A stretch of DNA of 57,485 bases. It comes from an uncultured Gammaproteobacteria bacterium (lineage in GTDB: Bacteria > Patescibacteriota > Microgenomatia > UBA12405). Shown here piece by piece: positions 27,291 to 37,127 of this stretch (within the stretch, counting starts at the first letter, position 1; the number at the start of each line of letters is the position of its first letter). The translations under genes were made by a program, and so were the position numbers. A model generated the notes under the pieces. That model searched no databases and was not told the DNA's origin. It saw nothing but the letters and a program-made list of their open reading frames with translations. The stretch is from positions 1-57,485 of the forward strand of contig CAZKWZ010000002.1 in the NCBI GenBank assembly GCA_964556795.1, read 5' to 3'.

Positions 27291-28079
27291 ATGAATAAAA
27301 AAATTTGCCTGGTTTTAGGTGGAGGCGGATCAAAAGGTTTGGCACATATTGGGGTAATAAAAGCTTTGGTGGAAAATGATTTTGAGATAACTCAAATTGC
27401 CGGAACTTCGGCCGGGGCATTGATTGGAGGTATTTATGCTGCTAATCCAGGGATTGGCAATTTGGAAAAAATTGTTGAAGGGATTGGATATTTAGAACTA
27501 ATAAAAATACTTGTAGATTGGCCAATTAGAAGTGGACTGGTGAAGGGAGAAAAAATGGAAAAATTTTTGGATAAAATCTGTGGTCAACAAAGAATTGAAA
27601 ACTTGCCGATAAAATTTAGAGCCGTCTGCTCCGATGTGGTAAAAGGAGAAAAATTTGTATTTAGTGAAGGTAAATTAGCCACAGCAATTAGAGCGTCCTG
27701 CGCTATTCCGGCAATATTTTCACCAATAAAATATGAAGGAAAAATTTTAATTGATGGTGGAGCAGTAAATCCGATTCCGGTTTCAGAGGTTAACCCAAAG
27801 GCAGAAGAGAAAATTGTTGCGGTGGGACTCTATAGTATGATATTTCCAAAAAATTTTAAAAAATTATCCAAGGCAACTCTACCCCAAGTGGCTTATTCCT
27901 CGATGCAGGTAATGGTCAGACAATTATCTTTGCGTGATTTAGAAGCGGCAGACGTAAAAATATTACCCATGGTAGAAGATATTAACGTCCTAAATTTTGT
28001 AAAAGCAAAAAAATATATTGAGATAGGCTATGAAACAACAATGAAAAAGATACCGGAAATTGAAAAGTTATTTAGCTGA
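27291..28079 (+). CDS. Patatin-like phospholipase
   Basis: GGGGSKGLAHIGV oxyanion motif, GTSAGA nucleophile elbow (GxSxG), DGG catalytic Asp motif. The ATG at 27291 is preferred over the GTG at 27267. Confidence 0.85.
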   Translation: MNKKICLVLGGGGSKGLAHIGVIKALVENDFEITQIAGTSAGALIGGIYAANPGIGNLEKIVEGIGYLELIKILVDWPIRSGLVKGEKMEKFLDKICGQQRIENLPIKFRAVCSDVVKGEKFVFSEGKLATAIRASCAIPAIFSPIKYEGKILIDGGAVNPIPVSEVNPKAEEKIVAVGLYSMIFPKNFKKLSKATLPQVAYSSMQVMVRQLSLRDLEAADVKILPMVEDINVLNFVKAKKYIEIGYETTMKKIPEIEKLFS

Positions 28080-29327
28080 TTTTTGCCAAAGTTCCCGACT
28101 TACGGGACCAAGATAAGAGTTGACTTGTTTTTGCTGATAACCAAATGATTGGAGACGGGAAACATAATCAAGACCATGGATTTCACTGACATAAGGAATA
28201 ACAGTAATTTCCGAATCAGTAGGAATGTCCTGAGATAAATCGTGAACCCTAATATCGGGACGATAATAGTGGACTGGGTCGGCAGCGGAAACAATCATGT
28301 AAATGTCCCGGGGAAGGGTAGAACTCATTTGTCGCCAGTTTTCCCGATGAAAAGATGGAATAAAAAGATATATAAGGGAAAATGTTAGAAATATAAAAGA
28401 GTAAAAATAACTTTTTTCCAAAATTAAAACTAAAATCGGAATTAAATATAAAAAACGAAAATACTGAAACATAGGGGTAAATAAGGAGAATACTAAGCCA
28501 ACAAAAAGACTGCACCAAAAAATAAAAGCCAAGGTACGACGATTGAATGATTTTTTTATGATCAAAAACCAAAAAGGCAGAGCAGCAATAAGAGCGATAA
28601 GATAATAAATCCATTTGGGATAAAAGGAAATTCGGCCAATTACAAATTTGATTAAAATTAAAAAGAGATTTTTAAGACTCACCGGACCTAAAACTGAAGC
28701 CCAATTTTTAACACTAACCAGGAGTAATTTTGAGGTTTGTTGTTGGAGTAATAAAAGTGGTGACAAAATTAATAATGATAAAAACGGAGCTAAAGAATAG
28801 ATAAAAAATTGACGATATTTCTTTTGAAAAAGCCAGTACAAACTAATGGTGGCAAAAAAGAAAACTGAGCCGTAAAAAGTTGCCAATGATAAAAAAGTAA
28901 AAAGATAATATAAAAATATTTTTTGTTTTTTAAAGGCTAAAAAAGCACAAAAAACCAGGAGGGTCACTAGAGAATACATGCGGGCTTCTTGGGAATAATA
29001 GAGATAGAGCGGATTTAGGGCTAGTAGTACTGAAGACCAAAAACCAAAAAATCTGAAAACCAAATAAATAGTAATTAAAGAAAAGATGACTGAGGGAAAA
29101 CGTAGAGAAATTTCACTATAACCAAAGACAGAAGTCCAGGCTTTAAGAGTCAAATAAAAAAACGGCGGATGAAAATCAGAGGGAGAAAATTTGGTAACGA
29201 TATCAGAATATGAATAATTTTTGGCAACTTCGGCGGAAATAGCTTCATCGAGCCAAAGGGATTGGTTTAGGGAAACTAGTCTGAGTAAAAAAACAAAAAT
29301 AATAAAAATTAGGAATTTTTTAGTCAC
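28068..29327 (-). CDS. Glycosyltransferase family 39/ArnT-like integral membrane protein
   Basis: 419 aa, about 10 TM segments. N-terminal loop SLWLDEAISAEVAKN with DE, typical of GT-C enzymes. GTG start. Confidence 0.6.
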   Translation of the reverse strand: MTKKFLIFIIFVFLLRLVSLNQSLWLDEAISAEVAKNYSYSDIVTKFSPSDFHPPFFYLTLKAWTSVFGYSEISLRFPSVIFSLITIYLVFRFFGFWSSVLLALNPLYLYYSQEARMYSLVTLLVFCAFLAFKKQKIFLYYLFTFLSLATFYGSVFFFATISLYWLFQKKYRQFFIYSLAPFLSLLILSPLLLLQQQTSKLLLVSVKNWASVLGPVSLKNLFLILIKFVIGRISFYPKWIYYLIALIAALPFWFLIIKKSFNRRTLAFIFWCSLFVGLVFSLFTPMFQYFRFLYLIPILVLILEKSYFYSFIFLTFSLIYLFIPSFHRENWRQMSSTLPRDIYMIVSAADPVHYYRPDIRVHDLSQDIPTDSEITVIPYVSEIHGLDYVSRLQSFGYQQKQVNSYLGPVSRELWQKSAK

Positions 29328-29340
29328 GTTTTATGGAAAT

Positions 29341-30246
29341 ATGTTACACTTTTTTATGATAAATTTCCTCAAAAGAAACTGGGCGGTGATGGTCTTGGTT
29401 ATCATTGGGCTTTGGTATTTTAAAAATAATTTTCTAAACCAACGCTATTCTACCAGCACAATTCAATCAGATTACTCGACTATGTCTGCTGGAAGCGGTG
29501 TGTCGTTGGGCAAAATATTGAATCCAAGTAGTGCAAATTATTATTCTACCAGGCAGGTAGCACCATCAGAGAGTAGCAGTCGGTTGGTAATTCAGGACAC
29601 TAGCTTGTCTTTGCAAGTAAAGGACGTTTCGGGAAGTATTAATGAAATCGAAAATACTGCTAAGAATTTTGGTGGTTTTCTAATTAATTCGCATTTATCA
29701 AAACCGGAAATGGCAGCTAGTGGAAATATTTCCATTAGGGTTCCCGAGGATAAGAGAAAAGAGGCTATGGAAGCCTTTAAAAAAATGGCGGTGAAAGTGG
29801 TTTCAGAGTCAGTAAATGGCACGGATGTAACTGATCAATATTCTGATTTACAGGCACAATTGGATGTTTTACAAAAAACAAAAGCTAAATTTGAAGAAAT
29901 TTTGGACAAGGCTAGTGCAGTTAGAGATTTACTTGAAGTGCAACAACAGTTAATTTCTATCCAATCACAAATTGATAGTGTTAAAGGACAACAAAAATAT
30001 TACGAACAAACAGCTAAATTGAGCAAAATTACCATCTATTTATCGACTGATGAATTAGCTCTACCATATGCACCTACAAATGAGTGGAGACCAACGGTAG
30101 TGTTTAAAGAAGCGGTCAGATCTTTGATAAGTACAATTAGAGATATTGGCTCGCTAGTTATTTGGCTAGTAGTCTTTTTGCCGATAATTATCCCTGTTTT
30201 TTTTATCATCAGATATATCAAAAGAAAGAGGAATATCAACAAATAA
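29341..30246 (+). CDS. DUF4349 domain protein (membrane-anchored, coiled-coil)
   Basis: N-terminal TM, SLQVKDVSGSINEIENTAKNFGGFLINS, DVTDQYSDLQAQLDVLQKTKAKFEEIL, C-terminal TM. The track start at 29221 is a TTG overlapping the divergent gene; ATGs lie at 29341 and 29356. Confidence 0.65.
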   Translation: MLHFFMINFLKRNWAVMVLVIIGLWYFKNNFLNQRYSTSTIQSDYSTMSAGSGVSLGKILNPSSANYYSTRQVAPSESSSRLVIQDTSLSLQVKDVSGSINEIENTAKNFGGFLINSHLSKPEMAASGNISIRVPEDKRKEAMEAFKKMAVKVVSESVNGTDVTDQYSDLQAQLDVLQKTKAKFEEILDKASAVRDLLEVQQQLISIQSQIDSVKGQQKYYEQTAKLSKITIYLSTDELALPYAPTNEWRPTVVFKEAVRSLISTIRDIGSLVIWLVVFLPIIIPVFFIIRYIKRKRNINK

Positions 30247-30269
30247 ATCGGGTATAATAAAAGCTTCCT

Positions 30270-31418
30270 ATGAATAAGAAAGCTTTGTTCACTATTTTTT
30301 TAATTATCCTGACGGATATTATTGGCTTTGGGATTATCATTCCTCTACTACCAACAATTAGTGCTGACTTGGGGATAAAAGGTGTGGCTTTGGGATTATT
30401 AACAGCTTCTTATGCACTGGCGCAATTTATTTCTTCGCCAATTTTAGGTAATTTATCAGATAAATTTGGCCGAAAACCAATTTTGGTTTTTAGTAAGGCA
30501 GGGACAGTTTTGGCTTATGTAATGCTAGCCTTTTCTAAAAGTTACTACTTAATTTTATTGTCTCGTTTGATTGATGGTTTTACCGGAGGAAATATTCCCG
30601 CGGCTAGAGCCTATATCAGTGATGTGACTACTAAGGAAAATCGAGCCAGAGGAATGGCAATTATTGGGATATCTTTTGGATTGGGATTTATCTTGGGACC
30701 GGCTTTGGGAGGAATATTTTTTAGTATTGGAAAATCAAAAACATTACCGGCACTGATCGGAGCCGGATTGTCATTGCTGTCTTTAGTCCTAACTCAATTA
30801 TTTTTAGACGAAAGTCATCGAATTGAAAAAGATACATCAAAAAATAGAAATTTTTCGATAAAAAACTTTTTTAAGATATTTAAACACCCGGAAATTCAAA
30901 GGATTTTAGGAGTAGTTTTTGTGAGTACAATGATTGTCTCCGGACTGCAGACAACCTTGCCATTTTTTGCCGATAAATTATTTGGATTTACCACTGAACA
31001 AAATAGTTATATGTTGATATATCTTGGAGTGTTGGGTTTGATTACACAAGGGTTTTTGGCAAGGAAAAAGTTTAAAAATACCGATTTTATGGTTAATTTA
31101 GGATTGATATTGTTGGCAATTGGAATAATTTTAATGGCTATAATCCCAGTGGTTGCAGGATTGCTGATAGTTTTAGGAATATATTCGGCAGGGAGTGGAT
31201 TAATTCAGATATTTTTACCGACCGCACTATCAACTACCAGTAGTACTGATCCTGAAGGAGAAATTATGGGGGCTTATGAGGGAGTAAGCTCTTTGTCTCG
31301 GGTTATTGGCCCAGCAATTTTTGGAAGCTTAGTGCTAACCATTCCCCGACAAACATATTTTGTTAGCGGAGTAATAATGTTGATACTTCTGATTTGGTTT
31401 AAAGGCCATAAGAACTGA
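30270..31418 (+). CDS. MFS transporter (DHA1/TetA-like)
   Basis: 12-TM profile and the MFS loop motif GNLSDKFGRKPIL. Confidence 0.8.
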   Translation: MNKKALFTIFLIILTDIIGFGIIIPLLPTISADLGIKGVALGLLTASYALAQFISSPILGNLSDKFGRKPILVFSKAGTVLAYVMLAFSKSYYLILLSRLIDGFTGGNIPAARAYISDVTTKENRARGMAIIGISFGLGFILGPALGGIFFSIGKSKTLPALIGAGLSLLSLVLTQLFLDESHRIEKDTSKNRNFSIKNFFKIFKHPEIQRILGVVFVSTMIVSGLQTTLPFFADKLFGFTTEQNSYMLIYLGVLGLITQGFLARKKFKNTDFMVNLGLILLAIGIILMAIIPVVAGLLIVLGIYSAGSGLIQIFLPTALSTTSSTDPEGEIMGAYEGVSSLSRVIGPAIFGSLVLTIPRQTYFVSGVIMLILLIWFKGHKN

Positions 31419-32268
31419 GGGGACCATTGCCAACTCTAATTCTTGGTAAGATGAAACGTTGAGCTTTGCAGAGAATTGAACCGTGCGTAGTGGTAAAGGC
31501 AAGTTGGTAATTTAAATCAGTTAAAATTTTTTGAGCATCGTTGCTAGGATTACCATAAGGATAAGCAAAGACCTTGTCCGGATTTAGACCATGTTCTGAT
31601 AATTGGGTATCAGCCAAGGAGATTTCTTTTTTTAGCACTTCAGAACTACCGCTGGAGGCGTGATGAGACCAGGTATGATTGCCAAAATAAAGCAAGGATT
31701 TCATCTGGCTAATTTCATCCCAGTTTAAGTAATCCGGGACATTCATTAAGCCAGTAGGGGTAAAAATCACTGCAGAATAATTAAATTCTTTTAAAATTGG
31801 AAAAGCATTAAAATAATTGTCTTCATAGGCATCATCCAGAGTAATCATGACTGATTTTTGAGGCAATGCTACCCCATTATTAAAGAAATTAATTAAATCT
31901 TTAGGAGAGATAACTGAATAATTTTTGTCCTTTAAATATTGGAGATGCATTTTAAAATATTTAGGATCAACTGAAAGTGATTGTTGATGTTGTTTTTTGG
32001 CATTAGCTTCAGTTTGGATGTGGTGATACATCAAAACAGGCACTTGAACACAGGGGCCATATTTAGCATTCATCAGAGAAAAACTAATTTTTACCGGAGT
32101 GGGACTAGGGCTTGGAATAGGACTAGCTATTGGGGTGAGTAATGGATCAATAGTAGGGACCTTGTTGGTGGAAAATGATGATTGACGAGACGGAAAAATA
32201 ATAAATAGAACTAGCTCAAAGACAACAAAAGCCAAAATTAAGATAAAAAAGCCGCGACGTTTATTCAC
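31399..32268 (-). CDS. Polysaccharide deacetylase (NodB homology domain) protein
   Basis: N-terminal TM, ITLDDAYEDNY (TFDDG-type motif), GNHTWSHH (H-x4-H-like). GTG start. Confidence 0.7.
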   Translation of the reverse strand: MNKRRGFFILILAFVVFELVLFIIFPSRQSSFSTNKVPTIDPLLTPIASPIPSPSPTPVKISFSLMNAKYGPCVQVPVLMYHHIQTEANAKKQHQQSLSVDPKYFKMHLQYLKDKNYSVISPKDLINFFNNGVALPQKSVMITLDDAYEDNYFNAFPILKEFNYSAVIFTPTGLMNVPDYLNWDEISQMKSLLYFGNHTWSHHASSGSSEVLKKEISLADTQLSEHGLNPDKVFAYPYGNPSNDAQKILTDLNYQLAFTTTHGSILCKAQRFILPRIRVGNGPLSSYGL

Positions 32269-32289
32269 AACTTGGAATTATACTAAGTT

Positions 32290-33501
32290 ATGTTAAAATG
32301 GGAAATACCCGAAGTAAACCCAAAACAAAATATGAGTAATGAACCACTAGCCGCCATGTTAAGACCAAACAATCTAAAGGATTTTATTGGCCAAAAACAT
32401 CTAGTGGGAGATGGTAAACCATTGCGAATTGCTATTGAAAATCATCAAATTTTTTCAATGATTTTTTGGGGTCCGCCGGGGGTGGGTAAAACCACTCTAG
32501 CTAGAATCATAGCTAAAGAGGCACAAGCAGAATTGTACGAACTATCGGCAGTATCAGCAGGGAAAGATGATATTAAAAAAATTTTGGGCTCACCTCTGGG
32601 TAACCAAAGCGGACTGATAAAAAAGATTTTATTCTTAGACGAAATTCATCGTTTTAATAAGGCGCAACAAGATTTTTTACTACCTTACGTGGAGTCTGGG
32701 GCTCTGACTCTGATTGGAGCCACTACCGAGAACCCCTCGTTTGAAGTGATTGCCCCCCTACTGTCGCGATGCCGAGTCTTTGTGCTCAACGAATTGTCGA
32801 CTGAAGAAATGGAGGAAATAGTTAAAAGATGTGCCAAAATTTTGAAAACTAAAGTTGATAAAAAAGCTAAGGATTGGCTCGTAAGTATGGCCAACGGTGA
32901 TGCCAGACAAGCGATTACCATTATTGATAATGCCTATACTCTATACAAAGATCTTAAAGTGGAGAATCTAAAAAATGCTTTGCAAAATTCATTTTTGCGA
33001 TTTGATAAAAAGGGCGAGGAGCACTACAACACGATTTCGGCATTTATAAAATCGATGCGGGCCAGCAATGTGGATGCAGCACTTTATTATTTGGCGCGGA
33101 TGATTGACGCGGGTGAGGATCCAAAGTTTATTGCCAGACGCATGGTGGTTTTTGCCTCTGAGGATATTGGAATTGCCTCTTCTTCGGCTCTACTGGTAGC
33201 CAACGCGGTGTTTAGATCGGTAGAAATTATTGGCTATCCGGAGTGTCGGGAAAACCTGGCTCATGGGGTGGCATATTTGTGCAAGGCACCAAAGGATAGG
33301 TCGGCTTACGAGGCATACCTTCGCGCCCTAAAAGATGTCAAAACTTATGGCAACCTGCCAATCCCCCTCAATCTTCGCAACGCCGAAACAAAGTTGATGG
33401 AGGACCTGGGCTATGGACAAGGTTACGAAAAATATTCCAAAGAATCTTTACTGCCGGAGAAAATAAAAAATAATAAATATTTTAGAGAGAAGAAGAAATG
33501 A
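32290..33501 (+). CDS. rarA: Replication-associated recombination protein A (MgsA/RarA AAA+ ATPase)
   Basis: [67 protein letters not shown]-terminal MgsA domain ([33 protein letters not shown]). An alternative ATG lies at 32332. Confidence 0.9.
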   Translation: MLKWEIPEVNPKQNMSNEPLAAMLRPNNLKDFIGQKHLVGDGKPLRIAIENHQIFSMIFWGPPGVGKTTLARIIAKEAQAELYELSAVSAGKDDIKKILGSPLGNQSGLIKKILFLDEIHRFNKAQQDFLLPYVESGALTLIGATTENPSFEVIAPLLSRCRVFVLNELSTEEMEEIVKRCAKILKTKVDKKAKDWLVSMANGDARQAITIIDNAYTLYKDLKVENLKNALQNSFLRFDKKGEEHYNTISAFIKSMRASNVDAALYYLARMIDAGEDPKFIARRMVVFASEDIGIASSSALLVANAVFRSVEIIGYPECRENLAHGVAYLCKAPKDRSAYEAYLRALKDVKTYGNLPIPLNLRNAETKLMEDLGYGQGYEKYSKESLLPEKIKNNKYFREKKK

Positions 33502-34268
33502 GAAAACATAATATTTTTATTGATGAATTTGGAACTTCTGATATAAAAAATTATAAATATTCACCCATATTCACAGTGATTGGCTTAGTTATAAGTGAAA
33601 ACTCAAGAGGTAATTTCAATACTGATTTTAAAGAATTAAAAAAAATACATTTTGGTTCTAAAGACTATATTATCCATAATTCAGAAATAATTAGACACTT
33701 AGGGACTCAAGAGAAAATTAAAAAATTTTCTACTGATTTAAAAAAATTTTTAAATAAATATATATTCTTTGTTTTATATGTATCAACAGATAAAGAAAAA
33801 GCTTTTAGATTAGGATGGGATAAAGTGACACTTCTTAACAGAACATATAGAATACTTCTGGGTAATTTGATTAAATTTCTGATAGCCAAGAACTTACAAG
33901 GTCAAATTATTAGTGAGGCAAGTAATGTTGAACAAGACATCACCATATATAAAAATATGTTTCACTATTGTACCAACGGCTTAAATAGGCTAGATATTTC
34001 ACCAAAAGAAATTAAATCACATCTAACATCAATCAGTTTTGTTACAAAATTAAATAATGATTCTGAAGAACAAGTTGCTGATCTTTATGCTTCTTGTCCT
34101 AGAATACTGAGTAATTTAAAAAACAACAAAACTAAAAAAGAGGATCTAAACGACGTACAGAAGGTATTGATTGCTAGTCTCGAAAAAAAATTGTTTATTG
34201 GTAATGCAGTAAAAAAGCAGAAAATTAAACTTTATAAAGAAATAAATCCAAATGTCGAACTACCGTAA
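33498..34268 (+). CDS. DUF3800 family protein
   Basis: N-terminal NIFIDEFGT (DESG-like) and late EEQVADLYA (QxAD-like). ATGA overlap with the rarA stop. Markedly AT-rich. Confidence 0.5.
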   Translation: MRKHNIFIDEFGTSDIKNYKYSPIFTVIGLVISENSRGNFNTDFKELKKIHFGSKDYIIHNSEIIRHLGTQEKIKKFSTDLKKFLNKYIFFVLYVSTDKEKAFRLGWDKVTLLNRTYRILLGNLIKFLIAKNLQGQIISEASNVEQDITIYKNMFHYCTNGLNRLDISPKEIKSHLTSISFVTKLNNDSEEQVADLYASCPRILSNLKNNKTKKEDLNDVQKVLIASLEKKLFIGNAVKKQKIKLYKEINPNVELP

Positions 34269-34367
34269 AAACTATAAAAACCGGCTAGCGGACGATTGGT
34301 CACACTTACCGGTTTCCTTATCAGTATTATAACAAAGTTATTTTAAAAATAAAACTGAAATATTAAT

Positions 34368-35240
34368 ATGCTCACGAAGGTAAATGAAATTGTTGCAAAG
34401 AGTGTGCTGACGAAGTCGGGATTGCCGGGGAGTGATTATGTAGTGAATCCTTACAACGGTTGTCAATTTGCCTGCATGTATTGCTACGCCGCACAGATTG
34501 CGAGATGGAAACACCCGGGTGAAGAATGGGGATCTTTTTTGGACGTGAAATTAAATGCAGCGGATTTATTAAAAACAGAATTAGAAAAACAGGAAAAGAA
34601 ATTTAAGTCTAAAAACTTTGGCACAATATTTTTTTCATCAGTAACCGACCCATACACAGGGATGGAAGCAAAATATCAACTGACGAGAAAATGCTTGGAT
34701 GTACTGGCTGATTTTGGATATGAGGGGGAGATAAGTGTGCAAACAAAATCGGGATTAATCATCAAGGATATCGATGTTTTAAAAAGATTAAAAAAGGTCT
34801 CGGTCGGATTTACAGTGACGACTCTTGATGACAAAGTGTCGAGATTTTTGGAAGTGGAGGCACCACCAGTGTCGACTAGAATTGAGGCCATAAAAAAGTT
34901 AAATGAGGCGGGAATTTACACCTATGCTTTTATTGGCCCAGTACTCCCCTACTTTATTAAAAGCAAAAATGAAATAAATAAACTACTTGATGAATTACAA
35001 AAGGCCGGAGTCAAAGAAGTATGGTTTGAACATATTCATTTGAACAATGGGATAAAAGCGAGGCTTTTTGATTATTTAAAACAGGAAGATCCAGAAATAT
35101 TAAAGGAATTTGAGAAAGCCGATAATGCCGAATATAGGGAGGATTTAGAGAAAATAATTTATGGTTGTCTTGAAGGACGAGGATTAAAATTGGGACTGGG
35201 GAAAATTCTTTACCATAGAGATTTACCAAAGAAAAAATAG
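34368..35240 (+). CDS. Radical SAM protein, SPL/SplB-like (DNA photoproduct-lyase-type) family
   Basis: NPYNGCQFACMYCYA (CxxxCxxC), length and TIM-barrel-like pattern similar to the COG1533 family. Confidence 0.6.
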   Translation: MLTKVNEIVAKSVLTKSGLPGSDYVVNPYNGCQFACMYCYAAQIARWKHPGEEWGSFLDVKLNAADLLKTELEKQEKKFKSKNFGTIFFSSVTDPYTGMEAKYQLTRKCLDVLADFGYEGEISVQTKSGLIIKDIDVLKRLKKVSVGFTVTTLDDKVSRFLEVEAPPVSTRIEAIKKLNEAGIYTYAFIGPVLPYFIKSKNEINKLLDELQKAGVKEVWFEHIHLNNGIKARLFDYLKQEDPEILKEFEKADNAEYREDLEKIIYGCLEGRGLKLGLGKILYHRDLPKKK

Positions 35241-35258
35241 ATTATATATTTAAATAAT

Positions 35259-35906
35259 ATGAAACTATTACTAACTTCGGCTGGATTATCAAACCAATCA
35301 ATTATTGAGACTTTGGAAAAACTTTTAGGAAAAAGTGCCAAGGGGGTAAAGCTAGCATTTATCCCGACTGCGGCCAATGTCGAAGAGGGAGATAAAAGCT
35401 GGATGATTGATGATTTAAATAATTTTATAAAAGCAGGATTTGAGGTGGATATTGTGGATATATCGGCAGTATCAAGAGACATTTGGATGCCAAGATTACA
35501 GAACTCCGAGGTGTTATTTTTTGGTGGTGGAAATACATTTCACCTAAAACGCTGGATGAAGGAATCTGGTTTACAAGATGAGTTAACAGAGCTATTAAAA
35601 ACTAGGATTTACGCCGGGATTAGTGCCGGCAGCTGTGTTGCCGGACCAACAATTTTTAACTCGGTGCAAAATTTATTTGACGAGACATATGATTTGGAAA
35701 TTAAAGAAGGGCTGGGGTTGGTAAATTTCCAAATTGTTCCCCACTTAAATTCACCATATTTTGAAAAAATTAGAATTGAAAATTTGGAGGTGGCCTCAAG
35801 AGATATTGTCGAACCGGTTTATGTAATTGATGATCAAAGTGCAGTGGTGGTGGATGGAGAAAATGTTGAAGTGGTATCCGAAGGAACATGGAGAAAATTT
35901 AATTAA
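35259..35906 (+). CDS. Peptidase S51 (dipeptidase E-like) family protein
   Basis: FFGGGNTFHLKRWM and YAGISAGS nucleophile motif. 215 aa. Confidence 0.7.
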   Translation: MKLLLTSAGLSNQSIIETLEKLLGKSAKGVKLAFIPTAANVEEGDKSWMIDDLNNFIKAGFEVDIVDISAVSRDIWMPRLQNSEVLFFGGGNTFHLKRWMKESGLQDELTELLKTRIYAGISAGSCVAGPTIFNSVQNLFDETYDLEIKEGLGLVNFQIVPHLNSPYFEKIRIENLEVASRDIVEPVYVIDDQSAVVVDGENVEVVSEGTWRKFN

Positions 35907-35926
35907 AGTTATAAATTAAAATAAAT

Positions 35927-36343
35927 ATGCTTGATATAAATAAAGTTTTGACTGTATTAAAAAATAATAATTTAGCCGTGCTTTCAACTGCCGATTTGTC
36001 GGGTAAAAGTGAGTCGGCGGTAATGGCCTATTCAGTACGAGACAATTTAAATATTCTAATGAGTACTGAAGAAGATTCGAGAAAAATGAAAAATATTTTG
36101 GTTAATGATAAGGTATCAGTAATTGTGGGAGGACTAAAGGGTGATGCATCATTACAAATTGAAGGAAAGGTTAGGGTTTTAGAGGGCGAAGAAAAAAGCC
36201 AGACGATTCAATTTATGTTGGCACAACATCCGGAATTAAAAGAATATGGAATAGAGTCAGGAACAATTTTTGAAATCAAACCTAACTGGATTCGTTTTAT
36301 TGATTATTCGCAAGAACCAGCGACAGAGGAGATAAATTTATGA
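35927..36343 (+). CDS. Pyridoxamine 5'-phosphate oxidase-like FMN-binding split-barrel protein
   Basis: 138 aa. LAVLSTADLSGKSESAVMAY...ILMSTEEDSRKMKNILVNDKVSVIV pattern. ATGA overlap with the next gene. Confidence 0.55.
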   Translation: MLDINKVLTVLKNNNLAVLSTADLSGKSESAVMAYSVRDNLNILMSTEEDSRKMKNILVNDKVSVIVGGLKGDASLQIEGKVRVLEGEEKSQTIQFMLAQHPELKEYGIESGTIFEIKPNWIRFIDYSQEPATEEINL

Positions 36344-36810
36344 CAGATCAAGATTTCATGAAAATAGTCATCAAAAAAGGAAACGAGCGGTTGGCGAGAG
36401 GTGAATCGCCAAATTTGTCGATAATAGTAAAGGACAATCAAATAGTTGCTGAGGGACATAGTACTGTAGGTATCTTTGAACTATCGGGACATAACGATTT
36501 GAATTGTATAAACAACGCTTGTAAAAAATTACAAACATATAGCCTGACTGATTGTGCAATGTATAGCACTATTGAACCCTGCTCGATGTGCCTTGGCTGT
36601 GCTGCTTGGGCGGGTTTAAATAAAATAGTTTTTGGAGCTTTCCAAGAAGATGTTCCCGAAAATCGCTATGAAATTAGCGACTACCACGCTATTGAACATG
36701 CTAAAAGATTGCATCCTAATGGTAAAGACATGGAAATAGTTGGAGGAGTGATGAGAGAAGAATGTAAAGAATTGATGAAGGATGTTAAAAACTGGATATT
36801 GCAAAAATGA
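36340..36810 (+). CDS. CMP/dCMP-type zinc deaminase fold protein with variant active site (HND in place of HAE)
   Basis: EPCSMCLGCAAWAG (PCxxC) is intact. The upstream zinc ligand motif reads SGHNDLNC (H51-N52-D53, nt 36490-36498). Confidence 0.65.
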   Translation: MTDQDFMKIVIKKGNERLARGESPNLSIIVKDNQIVAEGHSTVGIFELSGHNDLNCINNACKKLQTYSLTDCAMYSTIEPCSMCLGCAAWAGLNKIVFGAFQEDVPENRYEISDYHAIEHAKRLHPNGKDMEIVGGVMREECKELMKDVKNWILQK

Positions 36811-37127
36811 AACAAGAGAAAGGGGAATTTAGTCGTAAAGTAGTGAAATTGGCACTACAAATTCCACCCGGTAGGGTGACAACCTACGGTTTATTGGCAG
36901 CGGCAGCCGGAGGACATCCAATGATGTCTCGAATGATTACCCATATTTTAGGGAAATCGACTGAAGTAGATAAAATTCCTTTTCATCGAATCGTCTATTC
37001 TAATGGCAAAATTTGGTTTGACCCTGAACATAATAAATGGCGGGATAAGTTGTATAAAGAGGAAGGAATTAAAGTTGATAAAAATAATAAAATAATTGAT
37101 TTTGAAAAAATAATTTATACTTTTTAA
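36807..37127 (+). CDS. Alkyltransferase-like (ATL) protein, MGMT DNA-binding fold without the acceptor Cys
   Basis: IPPGRVTTYGLLAAAAG helix-turn-helix. The active-site motif reads IPFHRIV (F59, nt 36981-36983) instead of PCHR. ATGA overlap with the upstream gene. Confidence 0.75.
   Translation: MKQEKGEFSRKVVKLALQIPPGRVTTYGLLAAAAGGHPMMSRMITHILGKSTEVDKIPFHRIVYSNGKIWFDPEHNKWRDKLYKEEGIKVDKNNKIIDFEKIIYTF

Noticed and set aside
34269-34367. A possible RiPP precursor peptide upstream of the radical SAM gene.
   Set aside because: There is no ATG/GTG-initiated ORF with an SD in the gap. The radical SAM protein resembles SPL/COG1533 DNA-repair-type enzymes rather than SPASM/RiPP maturases.
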